A stretch of DNA of 64,000 nucleotides from Nanobdellota archaeon (GCA_038046345.1 JBBSWJ010000005.1:1-64000); one strand, 5' to 3'; shown: positions 29,990-39,577, counted from the stretch's first letter. Notes: generated by a model not told the origin, from the sequence alone. Program-made: numbers and translations.

Positions 29990-30625
29990 ATGACTTACAA
30001 ATTAGTTTGTTTTGATATGGATGGAGTGATATTCAAAGATGTTAATTTCTGGATGGAACTCCATAAGAAATTCGGAACATTAGCACAGGGTATAGAATTA
30101 ACAAAAAAATATCTCCATACGGATTATGATAGATTAGTAGAAGAGGTTGTTGTAAAGTTATGGAAAGGAAAAAATGCAAAACTCTATTATGATTTAGTTA
30201 ATTCTATTGAATATCTGCCTGGCGTTCAAGAAACTTTTGCCCATCTCAAAACTAGAGGTTACATGACTGCCATAATTAGTGCTTCAAGTATTGATGTTGC
30301 CAGAAGAGTACAAAAAGACTGGGGGGTAGATCATATTTTTGCTAATGAATTAGTTATAAGAAATGGAAAAGTTACAGGGGAATTTATCTGGCCAATAGGT
30401 GCTGGAAAAGAAAAGAAAGCACAAATAATACAAGGTTTATGTTTTAGTTTGGGTATCTCACCGAAAGAAGTAATTTATGTTGGCGATGGTGATACTGATA
30501 TTGAAGCGTTTAAAGAAGTTGGAATTTCTATTGCGTTTAATTCATCTTCAGAAGAACTTAAAAAAGTCGCCAAATATTCAGTGAATACACATAATCTTGC
30601 AGATGTGATTAAGTACATCCATTAA
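29990..30625 (+). CDS. HAD-superfamily phosphatase (SerB-like)
   Basis: FDMDGVIF motif I; SAS motif II; VGDGDTD motif IV. Confidence 0.85.
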   Translation: MTYKLVCFDMDGVIFKDVNFWMELHKKFGTLAQGIELTKKYLHTDYDRLVEEVVVKLWKGKNAKLYYDLVNSIEYLPGVQETFAHLKTRGYMTAIISASSIDVARRVQKDWGVDHIFANELVIRNGKVTGEFIWPIGAGKEKKAQIIQGLCFSLGISPKEVIYVGDGDTDIEAFKEVGISIAFNSSSEELKKVAKYSVNTHNLADVIKYIH

Positions 30626-30827
30626 ATCAATTTTGCCCTTTATTCTATGTCTTGATGTAACGCTTCGCTCTCGCCTTAGGTTCGGAGAAATAAAAACTAA
30701 GGCTTAAGGATAGTAATGGTATATTTTAGATTAGGCTACAAAGCACATTCAATAATAATATTATCATCTGGATCATTTTTGACTACATCAACTTTCTTTT
30801 TTGGTTTTACTAAAGTTACAAATTCCA

Positions 30828-30847
30828 GACGTTTACTTTACAGCTCA
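30828..30847 (+). repeat. 20-nt intergenic direct repeat, copy 2
   Basis: GACGTTTACTTTACAGCTCA, identical at 14170-14189. Confidence 0.7.
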
Positions 30848-30965
30848 CTAAAAATTATTTATCTGACGCTGGGTATAATTTATTTTGGGCTCTTCTATAA
30901 ACTACAAAGAGTAGAGAAACAACGAAATGGCAACATTTATAAACTACAGTAAATATAGTTTTACT

Positions 30966-31514
30966 ATGATAAATATATACAAACAAGAGTTAACAGTATT
31001 ACAACAAGAAATATTAAGGTTGTTATTTGTTAAAGCCGGGGTGTCTTTGAATCAAAGAAGAATAGCAAGAATGCTCAAAGTAACGCCTCCGGCAGTTATG
31101 AAAGCTCTTCCAAAATTAGAAGAAAAAGCCTTAATAAATTTAAATCAAGATGAAGATTCTAAGAGATGGTCCATTGAGTTAAACAGGGACAATCATAAAG
31201 TTATCCAACTAAAGCGGGTGGACAATCTAAGGCAAATATATAGTTCTGGATTAGCCGATTTTTTAGAAAAAGAATTCGCAGGAGCCACTATAATCCTTTT
31301 TGGTAGTTATTCAAGAGGTGAAGACACAATAACATCTGATATTGATATTGTAGTAATCGGGAGAAAAGAGAAACAAATGAAATTAACTAATTTTGATAAA
31401 GCACTTGAAAGAACTATCTTCATCAACTTTTATTCTTCCTTTAAAGAAGTTCATAAGCATTTGAGAGAAAATATTTTTAATGGGATAATACTTGCAGGCG
31501 GAATTGAAATATGA
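30966..31514 (+). CDS. wHTH fused to minimal nucleotidyltransferase (MNT)
   Basis: N-terminal HTH (NQRRIARMLKVTPPAV); LFGSYSRGEDTITSDIDIVVIG; ATG 30966 preferred. Confidence 0.85.
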   Translation: MINIYKQELTVLQQEILRLLFVKAGVSLNQRRIARMLKVTPPAVMKALPKLEEKALINLNQDEDSKRWSIELNRDNHKVIQLKRVDNLRQIYSSGLADFLEKEFAGATIILFGSYSRGEDTITSDIDIVVIGRKEKQMKLTNFDKALERTIFINFYSSFKEVHKHLRENIFNGIILAGGIEI

Positions 31515-31957
31515 AAGATTTAAAACAATTTGAGGAATTTATAAGGACAGGTATTATCAAAAAACAATCACCAGATAAATCGAGGTCAAAGTTTTTGGTT
31601 ATGGAAGCTGAGCAAGGTTATACTTACTTGCTTAAGTTAATAAAAACAATGGGTATTGAAAATCGGAATGCTAATGATTATGTGAAAAATTGCTATGATA
31701 TTTTAATGGAGCTGACAAGAGCAAAGATGTTGCTTGAGGGATTAAACGCTTCTGGCTTTAAGGCACATGAATCAGAGATTGCTTACTGGTGGATTTTGCA
31801 GTTTAAAGAACAAGATATCCGATTCTTAGATAAAATTAGATTCTTTAGGAATGGGATGCTTTATTATGGAACAATCTTGGATAAGGAATACGCAGAGAAA
31901 GTGATAGAATTTACAAAAAATAATTATCAAAAATTGAAGGCCATCTTAAATAAATGA
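31511..31957 (+). CDS. HEPN-domain protein (MNT partner)
   Basis: 4-nt overlap with the MNT gene; GFKAHESEI; IRFFRNGMLYYG. Confidence 0.75.
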   Translation: MKDLKQFEEFIRTGIIKKQSPDKSRSKFLVMEAEQGYTYLLKLIKTMGIENRNANDYVKNCYDILMELTRAKMLLEGLNASGFKAHESEIAYWWILQFKEQDIRFLDKIRFFRNGMLYYGTILDKEYAEKVIEFTKNNYQKLKAILNK

Positions 31958-32205
31958 AATTCCAAAATGAATGGTATAACCACTACTAACGACCACATGA
32001 TGGAAAAAACCAATTCTAACGCTTGATTTATAACAGTTGGTTGTGATGAAAGAATAAAAAAAGAAGCAGTCAACAAAGCGCATTTGATTCTTAGAAAAAT
32101 TGCAAAAACTGAGGCTAAACTTACATTAACCAAAAATAAATATGGAACGGCTACAATTACCAATAAGCCTTTCAAAAAGCGCAGTAAGAAGGTATATACA
32201 AACAT
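31927..32205 (-). CDS. small hydrophobic membrane protein
   Basis: Hydrophobic ORF from ATG 32205, downstream of secG. Confidence 0.35.
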   Translation of the reverse strand: MFVYTFLLRFLKGLLVIVAVPYLFLVNVSLASVFAIFLRIKCALLTASFFILSSQPTVINQALELVFSIMWSLVVVIPFILEFHLFKMAFNF

Positions 32206-32236
32206 GTAATAAACGAAATACGTAATTAGACGTTGT

Positions 32237-32389
32237 TTAAATCCTAGCAAAGATAATCCCAAAAATAGAAACAACAAGAATCAAACCGACAACAAATTTT
32301 GGTGATATCTTAATCTTGCTTTTATACTCATCAAAATACCGGACAATTCCTCCACCGCTAGAAGGCATTTGTATTTTTTCATTTGACAT
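32237..32389 (-). CDS. secG: Sec61-beta / archaeal SecG (50 aa)
   Basis: MSNEKIQMPSSGGGIVRYFDEYKSKIKISPKFVVGLIL; missing from the ORF track. Confidence 0.9.
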   Translation of the reverse strand: MSNEKIQMPSSGGGIVRYFDEYKSKIKISPKFVVGLILVVSIFGIIFARI

Positions 32390-32426
32390 AAAAAAAGAAA
32401 GAAAAAAAGGTTTAAAAGAGTTTTGA

Positions 32427-33443
32427 TTAGTTCTTGCCTAAGATTGCATTAGCATAAGCCAGCAACTCGCTGTTAGCTGGGCTACTACCTGATTGAGTTT
32501 GAGCACTACTGCCCCAGTAGGCACAGCTGCCATCAAAACCTTTTAGCTGAGATGTTACATTTGCTCTCAGATTATTATGGTGGTTTGTTATAAGCTCAAC
32601 ACGATCATTTAATAGTCTACCACCATTCGCAAGATAGATCGCAGTGATATCTGCTGGGCCTATAACCATTATGTTATCAAGCATGGCTTTAGCATTATCA
32701 AGGCTTTCAGTATATGCAATTGCTGCTTTTACTTGAGCGTCATGTGCATGATGTAACATCTCAATGCTATCCCTAGTCTGCTCAGCTCTATTATGCAGAG
32801 ATCTTGCGCATGCAGCTTTTTCATTAATGTCTATTTCTAACAAATGGCGAGCAACATCATATCTTATCTGCTCAGTTTCAGTATATGGCCCTTTTATTTT
32901 ACTGGCTATTTCATGCATCAAGAACTCTTGTTCTGATCGATGGTCCATTAACGTGTCGTAAGCGTTAGCAGCATCAATTGTTTCTCTACCGCGGTGTTTA
33001 AGCAGTACTTTCACATTATTTTGTGAGGTCCTATAAACTGTGCATAATCTAGTCAGGCAATCACTTATCCTGCCCAATGCGTCGGTCATAACATTAAAGA
33101 GTTTTCTCAATCCGGATGGTTCTTTTCCTGTGTTCAAATTTTGAGTTCCATTAAACGAGTCATATACCCCGAATATTCTGTCTGTTAACCTTATGTTATT
33201 CGTAGCATACTTTGAAGCTCCTTTAACATATTTAGCGAACGCTTTGTCAAAAGTGTAGGAATCACCAAGTATAGCTCTTAAAGTTCTTCCTTCATCAATC
33301 ATAGCAGGTTTATCTAATTGTAATACCTCTTTAGAAAGTAACCCTGCTCTTTCTAGTCTTTCATCTAGGCTTAATATCTCTGCTTTCCCATTACCATTAT
33401 CGGTTTCATTAATATCAATAACTGTTTCTTTTGCTGTGTTCAT
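32427..33443 (-). CDS. hypothetical long alpha-helical/coiled-coil protein
   Basis: 338-aa ORF with GGGG SD-like sequence upstream; helical character. Confidence 0.6.
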   Translation of the reverse strand: MNTAKETVIDINETDNGNGKAEILSLDERLERAGLLSKEVLQLDKPAMIDEGRTLRAILGDSYTFDKAFAKYVKGASKYATNNIRLTDRIFGVYDSFNGTQNLNTGKEPSGLRKLFNVMTDALGRISDCLTRLCTVYRTSQNNVKVLLKHRGRETIDAANAYDTLMDHRSEQEFLMHEIASKIKGPYTETEQIRYDVARHLLEIDINEKAACARSLHNRAEQTRDSIEMLHHAHDAQVKAAIAYTESLDNAKAMLDNIMVIGPADITAIYLANGGRLLNDRVELITNHHNNLRANVTSQLKGFDGSCAYWGSSAQTQSGSSPANSELLAYANAILGKN

Positions 33444-33620
33444 ATAAATCCCCCCAGATAGTTTTTATAATCTGAAAGAATTTTGGCCAAATCTCTTTCA
33501 ATAATTAAACATCCTAATTTCTGAATGTTATGAAAAAATAAAAAGAAAACCTTATTAAAAAAGGTTAATACTAAAAAACCGAAATTATTACAGTATTCTA
33601 TAAATATTTTTCAAACTAGA

Positions 33621-34676
33621 CTAACCAAAAGTAAATGTATTAAACAAAAATCCTTTCTTGTTTATATCTAACTTTAATGTATAACTACCATGATTTCCTT
33701 CAATTAAGCTATACAGCCTAGCGGTATCAACAACCACAAATGACCGGGCCCCATCGAATTTTATATCAACACCAGCCTGATCTTTTGTTACATAATCATC
33801 ATTTATATAAACGTCCATCTCTAAAGGTTCAGTTGAATGAGCAACTATATTCGCTGATTTACCAGAAAACTTAATGACTACAGACGCTCTATCAAGATTT
33901 TCTAAGCTGTCTTGGTTGCTTAACCATAAACCATCAAGATAGAGAACATCATCTTCAAGTTTAACAGGTAAAGTATAATTTTTAACTTGATCCGGAGACA
34001 ACCCCCCATTTGCTACATCTTGTTTTCTTGGCAAAGCAAATTTATATCCGGCGTATATCTCTGGTGTATAAGATAAATCAGAAGAACTAGGAATATCAGC
34101 AATTAAATCCATGTCTATTGCTTCCCCATTTTCAGCTAAAAGTTCCTGAATAACTTTTTCAGTTTCTTCATAAGCTCCTTCTCCTATATGGTCATACCGA
34201 ATAAACCCATTTCTATCAATAAGGTATTTTCTTGGCCAATACTTATTCTGATATGCCCTCCAAGTTGCGTAATCATTATCTTGAACAACTGTGTAGCTAA
34301 TGTTAAATCTTCTAATTGCATCTTGTACATTATTTGCATCTTTCTCAAACGGGAATTCTGGAGTGTGGACACCAATGATAACAAGCCCTTTATCGGAATA
34401 ACGGTTATGCCATTCATTTAAGAATGGGATAGTGTGAATACAATTTATACAGGTGTATGTCCAAAAGTCAATTAAGATAACTTTACCATTAAGATCTTTG
34501 ATTGATGGTTTATAGTCTGAATTAAAAAAACCAGAAATTCCAACTAGCTCAGGAGCTTTTATTAAACCATTCTCGATCACTGGTTCTTCTGAATACTCAT
34601 TATTAGCACGCTCAAAATAATAAATAACCAAGACAACTATTATCAAAGTAATAATTAGCTTGTAAATTATTTTCAT
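33621..34676 (-). CDS. membrane-anchored thioredoxin/redoxin with DipZ-like C-terminal domain
   Basis: LIDFWTYTCINC; IGVHTPEFPFE; NKYWP...YDHIGEG; TPEIY; FTFG terminus. Confidence 0.88.
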   Translation of the reverse strand: MKIIYKLIITLIIVVLVIYYFERANNEYSEEPVIENGLIKAPELVGISGFFNSDYKPSIKDLNGKVILIDFWTYTCINCIHTIPFLNEWHNRYSDKGLVIIGVHTPEFPFEKDANNVQDAIRRFNISYTVVQDNDYATWRAYQNKYWPRKYLIDRNGFIRYDHIGEGAYEETEKVIQELLAENGEAIDMDLIADIPSSSDLSYTPEIYAGYKFALPRKQDVANGGLSPDQVKNYTLPVKLEDDVLYLDGLWLSNQDSLENLDRASVVIKFSGKSANIVAHSTEPLEMDVYINDDYVTKDQAGVDIKFDGARSFVVVDTARLYSLIEGNHGSYTLKLDINKKGFLFNTFTFG

Positions 34677-34706
34677 GAAGTTGGTAGCAGTTGAATATTT
34701 ATAATA

Positions 34707-35435
34707 TTAATCCTTAACAGTCAAAAAAGCAAGATAAGCTAGAAATGTTGGAATCAATGGTAATATGCACGGACTCAAAAATGAAAGAAGCCCGCCAATA
34801 AATGCAATGCCTATATTTAAAGATCCATTAAAGCCATAATTATTCAAGTTTAGTTTTATAAGAAAATCTGCTGCAAATGAAAAGTTTGCAATACTGCTTA
34901 ATTGATTAGTAAACACTAGTATTCCTAACAATATTAATATCACTCCAAATATTTTAGAAAGATATTTAGTTAAATTACCAGTAGCTGTTATAAACTTTTT
35001 AGCATGATCAGTAAATAATCCCACTAATAAAAATGGTATACCCAAACCAAGAGAGTAAGCAAACAATAAATAAGCTGCATGCGTTGGAGATACAACTGCT
35101 AAAGTAAGTATTGCACCAAGTATACCACTTACACAAGGTGTCCAACTAACTGCGAAAGCTGCGCCAAACACAAATGAGGTAAGATAAGCTGAATTAAACC
35201 TTTTTTTTATTTTAAGCTTGTGGCTTATTTCAAAGAATCTAATTTTGATAAAACCTAGTAAATAGATACCAAAAATAATTATGATTATGCCCCCAACTCT
35301 TCCAAGCCATTTTAGCACAACTAATGGCGCATGAGAAAAAACAGTTTGAAGCAATACCCCAATAATTGAGAATATAACTGAAAAGCCTAAAACAAAGAAA
35401 ATAGTATTTATAAAAATTGTATAATCTTTTTTCAT
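34707..35435 (-). CDS. ccdA: CcdA/DsbD-TM family thiol-disulfide transporter, circularly permuted
   Basis: FVLGFS, WTPC and AYSLGLGIPF present; the SFLSPCILPL helix lies at the C-terminus. Confidence 0.88.
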   Translation of the reverse strand: MKKDYTIFINTIFFVLGFSVIFSIIGVLLQTVFSHAPLVVLKWLGRVGGIIIIIFGIYLLGFIKIRFFEISHKLKIKKRFNSAYLTSFVFGAAFAVSWTPCVSGILGAILTLAVVSPTHAAYLLFAYSLGLGIPFLLVGLFTDHAKKFITATGNLTKYLSKIFGVILILLGILVFTNQLSSIANFSFAADFLIKLNLNNYGFNGSLNIGIAFIGGLLSFLSPCILPLIPTFLAYLAFLTVKD

Positions 35436-35595
35436 GATATCATTAAAATAATGTCAATATATATAATTTTTGTTTAATAAAAATGTAGGAAAACAAAGGT
35501 TTTAAAATTGCTTTTTGCGCAATAATTTAATCTAAGAGGAAACTTTTCTAAAGGTTTATAAACTCAAGCGTTCCATTATATATAAGGAGCTAAAA

Positions 35596-36024
35596 ATGGA
35601 CGAATTACCAGAAGCGGTATTTACATGGAAGGTAAGAGAAGATGGTTTAACAGAAGTAGTACAAGGTCATGCAACAATAAAAGATATTTTATACGAAATA
35701 GCAAGGCAGGCTTATAGAGCATCAGTAATGGAGGCACCAATACCAGGACAATCCACGGACCCTCCATCAGACGAATTTCTAGCACCATATTTTGCTCACT
35801 TACAATTTCCAACAGATGGAATAAGTATAGCGAGAACTGATAGACATGAAACTGATGAATTATTTGGGATGGACTATGTTGGTGGTTTGCCAGTTAAAAC
35901 TTCAGTTGTCGCTAGAGATGGAAAAATATTGTTTTGTAGTAGATTATATGACATGAATCATCGTGTTGATCATCTACATGTAATGCGAACTGCAAATATG
36001 GCACTTGAAATAAGATTACAATAA
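35596..36024 (+). CDS. hypothetical protein
   Basis: ORF with SD GGAG and upstream AAAGGTTTATAAA. Confidence 0.55.
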   Translation: MDELPEAVFTWKVREDGLTEVVQGHATIKDILYEIARQAYRASVMEAPIPGQSTDPPSDEFLAPYFAHLQFPTDGISIARTDRHETDELFGMDYVGGLPVKTSVVARDGKILFCSRLYDMNHRVDHLHVMRTANMALEIRLQ

Positions 36025-36403
36025 ATTTTAAAATTAAGACGCCAACCTCTTTTTTATTATTTCTTCAAATCTTAGATTTGACCAATTTTTTAGCCAGAAC
36101 CTTAAATTGAAACTAACAACTATTAAGTGAGATGAATATTCGCTTAATATTACCATTTAGGATAAAAAGCGAGATTTTAGATATTTCTTCCCCATATAAC
36201 AGACTATATGTCAGATGAGGGTAAAAGTTATTCTCCAAATCCAGAAATACAGATTAATTAGCAAATTGATCAAGAAAATAAACCTCAGAAGTTATTAAAA
36301 TTAACTTAAGATATATCAATTTATTCTTTTAGAAAAGATAATCTGAAAGATTTTCGATTTTTTATGGTAGAAAAATATAAAGTAGTAAAGTATAATAGTG
36401 AAT

Positions 36404-36910
36404 ATGAAAGAAATAATCTTAATTCTGCTATTAACCTGTGGATGTGTAAGCATTCCAGAAGCTGGCATTGTAACAGAAGTAATTGATGGTGATACATTCA
36501 AATTAAGCACAGGAGAAAGAGTAAGATTATTATGCATAAACACTCCAGAAAATGGTGAACCATATTTTAAAGAAGCAAAAGATTTTTTAGAAAATTCTAT
36601 ATCCGGAAAAATAGTAAGATTAGAAGTAGACAAAACAAATTTAGATGATTACAGAAGATTATTACGTTATGTTTATGTTGATGACATCTTAATAAATGAA
36701 GTTATTACAAAAGAAGGTCTTGCAGAAGTATTGATAATAAAACCAAACATAAAACATTGTGACAAAATAAAGCTAGCCGAAAAAATAGCACAAGAACAAA
36801 AAAAAGGTATTTGGAGTGTCAACCATGCAGGCTATCCGGAAGATACGCTAATGTTTCAAACTGCTGTGGTAACGGATAAATCAAAAAGTCACCACGTTGC
36901 ATTGCAGTAG
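36404..36910 (+). CDS. thermonuclease (SNase) family lipoprotein
   Basis: LLTCGC lipobox-like; VIDGDTF; VRLLCINTPE; DDYRRLLRYV; KGIW. Confidence 0.9.
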   Translation: MKEIILILLLTCGCVSIPEAGIVTEVIDGDTFKLSTGERVRLLCINTPENGEPYFKEAKDFLENSISGKIVRLEVDKTNLDDYRRLLRYVYVDDILINEVITKEGLAEVLIIKPNIKHCDKIKLAEKIAQEQKKGIWSVNHAGYPEDTLMFQTAVVTDKSKSHHVALQ

Positions 36911-37496
36911 TTATTCCAGAATTACCAGCACTACGCATAGCAGCTCCTACCATACCTTTCAAAACCATAACTTTTACCTGTTCATCATTAATAAACTCAT
37001 CCCCTTCAAAAAGTATTCTAAATTCGTCTAAAGCATTAGTAGAACGTAATATTCGTATTCTTTCACTTTTATCCAACTCGCCTTTAAATTCAGTATCATC
37101 AGGGACAACATCATCTAACCAATCAATATTTACAACTACAAGTAAAGAATAATTTCCTTTCATTGCGTTATAATCTTTTCTTGAAAAAGCTTCTTTTATT
37201 ACTAAAACCTCCCCTTGTGTTAATTTAAAAGTCTCATCACTATTCAAGTCCTTTACACCGAATACAAAAGCATTATCCTTATCATATAAGTATAACACCT
37301 TATCTGCGTTGCTTAATATTTCTTTAATCTGAGATGTTTCCTTAAGGATATTTTGAACAAAAAAACCACCAATGGATAATACAATAACAAAAATCACAAA
37401 GATAATGCTAAGAATTTTTATAATAAACTTAGTAGTTCTAACAAACCACCAAACTAATAATATTATTAAAATTATAGGAATAATTAGCCAGATCAT
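36819..37496 (-). CDS. membrane-anchored hypothetical protein
   Basis: Two N-terminal TM helices followed by a soluble domain. Confidence 0.6.
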   Translation of the reverse strand: MIWLIIPIILIILLVWWFVRTTKFIIKILSIIFVIFVIVLSIGGFFVQNILKETSQIKEILSNADKVLYLYDKDNAFVFGVKDLNSDETFKLTQGEVLVIKEAFSRKDYNAMKGNYSLLVVVNIDWLDDVVPDDTEFKGELDKSERIRILRSTNALDEFRILFEGDEFINDEQVKVMVLKGMVGAAMRSAGNSGITTAMQRGDFLIYPLPQQFETLAYLPDSLHG

Positions 37497-37547
37497 GGCT
37501 GTTTAACACCAGCAGTGTTTTTAAATATATTTGTAGTAAATTATCAT

Positions 37548-37901
37548 ATGGCAAACAAAAAAAGCTGCCACATATTAAGAGAAAAAGGAACCGAACCACC
37601 ATTCACTGGAAAGTATTTGTACAACAAACAGAATGGAGTATACAAATGCGCTGGTTGCGGGCAGGAATTATTTTCTTCCCAAAAAAAATTTGATTCCGGA
37701 ACTGGATGGCCAAGTTTTACTGAAGGAAAAAACATAGAACTAAAAGAAGATACAAGTTTTGGAATTAAAAGATTAGAAGTAATATGTAAAAAATGTAAAG
37801 GACATTTAGGTCACTTATTTAATGACGGACCAAGACCTACAAAGAAAAGATATTGCATTAACTCAGGTGCATTAAGCTTTAACAAAATTAATAGCAGGTG
37901 A
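37548..37901 (+). CDS. msrB: peptide methionine-R-sulfoxide reductase
   Basis: GTEPPFTG; KFDSGTGWPSF; HLGHLFNDGP; RYCINS; two CxxC. Confidence 0.96.
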   Translation: MANKKSCHILREKGTEPPFTGKYLYNKQNGVYKCAGCGQELFSSQKKFDSGTGWPSFTEGKNIELKEDTSFGIKRLEVICKKCKGHLGHLFNDGPRPTKKRYCINSGALSFNKINSR

Positions 37902-38255
37902 AACAACAATTGGGCGTTCAGCAATATCAACTGAAGCTGTTCTGAATGATTTTTTTAAATTTTCAAACACATTCTTCCCATCAAATTCTCCCCTGCAAGT
38001 ATAAATTGAAAAGTATAAAGAATCATGTTCTGGATAAGTATGAATTGCAGCATGAGATTCAGATAACAATACTAAAATTGTAAGTCCCTGTGGTTTAAAC
38101 TGATGTCTAAATACTTTAAGAATTGTAAACTTGTCAATTTTTAAAGCATACAGCAAAGATTTTTCTAAGAAATTATTATCTAATAAAATCTTTTTTGGAA
38201 CTCCATGCATTACACATGATATTTCATTTCCTACAGGACTTGATTCATACTCCAT
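37872..38255 (-). CDS. speD: S-adenosylmethionine decarboxylase proenzyme
   Basis: HQFKPQGLT; LLSESHAAIHTYPE (pyruvoyl ES site); YTC. Confidence 0.88.
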   Translation of the reverse strand: MEYESSPVGNEISCVMHGVPKKILLDNNFLEKSLLYALKIDKFTILKVFRHQFKPQGLTILVLLSESHAAIHTYPEHDSLYFSIYTCRGEFDGKNVFENLKKSFRTASVDIAERPIVVSPAINFVKA

Positions 38256-38429
38256 AGTGCAAATTATTAAGAATAGTTATTTAAAAAATTATTGTTTTTT
38301 AAAATATACTTCTTGTTTGTCTTAAGCATTCTAATTGCTATCTTTATCAACTGGATAAACAGGCCATCTGAACCCTCACGTGAAAACTGCCATTAATGCC
38401 TCATATGATTTATTCTTATCTACAAATGG

Positions 38430-38792
38430 TTATTTACGTAAAATCTTATCCATTACTTTACCTTTTGCTATCTCATCAACAAGCTTATCCAGATACCTTA
38501 CTTGTTGTGTTAACGGGTTTTTGATTTCTTCTATACGATATCCACATATTACTCCTGTAATGAGATGAGCATTCGGAGTTAATTTTGCTTTCTGAAAGAA
38601 TATTTTAAAAGTTACTTTTTTATCAATAAGATTTTGTAGTTTCTTTTCATCAAAACCAGTTAACCACTCAATTACTTGATGCAACTCTTTCTTTGTTCTA
38701 CCTTTCTTCTCCACTTTTGCTACATAGTGCGGATACACAGATGAAAATGTCATATTTGCAATACGCTCATCGTGTTCGGATGTTGTTTTCAT
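38430..38792 (-). CDS. DUF2200 family protein
   Basis: MTFSSVYPHYVAKVEKKGRTKKELHQVIEWLTG...GVICGYRIEEI...YLDKLVDEIAKG. Confidence 0.88.
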   Translation of the reverse strand: MKTTSEHDERIANMTFSSVYPHYVAKVEKKGRTKKELHQVIEWLTGFDEKKLQNLIDKKVTFKIFFQKAKLTPNAHLITGVICGYRIEEIKNPLTQQVRYLDKLVDEIAKGKVMDKILRK

Positions 38793-39067
38793 AATTATTT
38801 TTCCTTTTTTAAATTTTTGAATTCGTGTTTCCATAGTATAAGTTAAATTAGATTTTTATATAAAGTTTGCTAGGCACCAACTCAAATTGAATATAACTTA
38901 GGCGATTAAACAAATATTTATCTGCTTTATAGCATAATATTGCAAAAAAAGCAGTTACGCAAAGTTTTCAACTATTATAACCCGAATTTTTAATGAAAAT
39001 TTTTTAAAAACTCTACATGTAATAATTTAAAACTAACTCTAAAAATAAATCAATCTAATAAAAAAAG

Positions 39068-39091
39068 TGATATCATGTATATTGTGTGTAA
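39068..39091 (-). repeat. 23S processing stem, 3' arm
   Basis: Complementary to 42098-42125 (24 bp including one G-U pair, with a 4-nt bulge). Confidence 0.75.
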
Positions 39092-39435
39092 AATGGTCTC
39101 GAGCTATTGGAAAATGCAGGCTTAATTTCTCGTTGCCTTGAAACTTACACCCCACTCCCATCAAACAGATCTTCTATCTGTGCTCTCCTTCTCTTTTCAA
39201 GGTGGGTTTCGTCCTTAGATGCTTTCAGGACTTATCCCACAAGGCGTAGCTGCCCGGCCTGCCTTGTCAGACAACCGGTACACCAGAGGCCTCGAATCCT
39301 CGTTCCTCTCGTACTAAAGGATCCTTCCCCTCAGAAGATAAACAAATCCAGTAGATATCATACAAACTGTCTCACAACGTTCTTAACCCAGCTCACGATC
39401 CCTTTTAATAAGTGAACACCTTCACCCTTGGCCGC

Positions 39436-39488
39436 AAGCAGTACGTGGAAACTGTTAATTTCGACATACCATGCTCTTTTCCGCGCAT
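39436..39488 (-). other. 53-nt BHB-like intron in 23S (about E. coli 2534/2535, H91)
   Basis: Extra sequence versus the conserved core; central helix GCAG/CUGC, AAA bulge, internal stem. Confidence 0.8.
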
Positions 39489-39501
39489 TTCTGCACGACC
39501 A

Positions 39502-39533
39502 CTCTACGATACAAGAATCTAATCTTTGTATCC
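39502..39533 (-). other. 32-nt BHB intron in 23S (about 2521/2522, H90-91)
   Basis: Central helix CUAU/GUAG; bulges CC|G and AG|U; stem GAUACAA/UUGUAUC. Confidence 0.88.
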
Positions 39534-39577
39534 GGATAGGAAGAGCCGACATCGAGGTAGCAAGCAGCGCCGTCGAT

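Noticed and set aside
30660-30710. GCCTTAG...CTAAGGC hairpin and GCTTCGC motifs flanking the HAD gene (also ~29938)
   Set aside because: Only two short occurrences; consistent with terminators, insufficient to call a REP or MITE
30716-30952. 78-aa ORF upstream of the MNT gene
   Set aside because: No motif; spans an AT-rich intergenic region containing the 20-nt repeat; probably spurious
36025-36397. 370-nt intergenic gap and the 38256-38429 gap as possible pseudogenes
   Set aside because: Only short frames without recognisable homology
36819-36910. 92-nt convergent overlap of the thermonuclease and the membrane protein
   Set aside because: The SNase domain ends at KGIW before the overlap; a non-conserved tail extension, not a functional feature
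38835-39099. 5S rRNA downstream of 23S
   Set aside because: AT-rich with no 5S motifs; unlinked 5S is common in archaea, so not unusual
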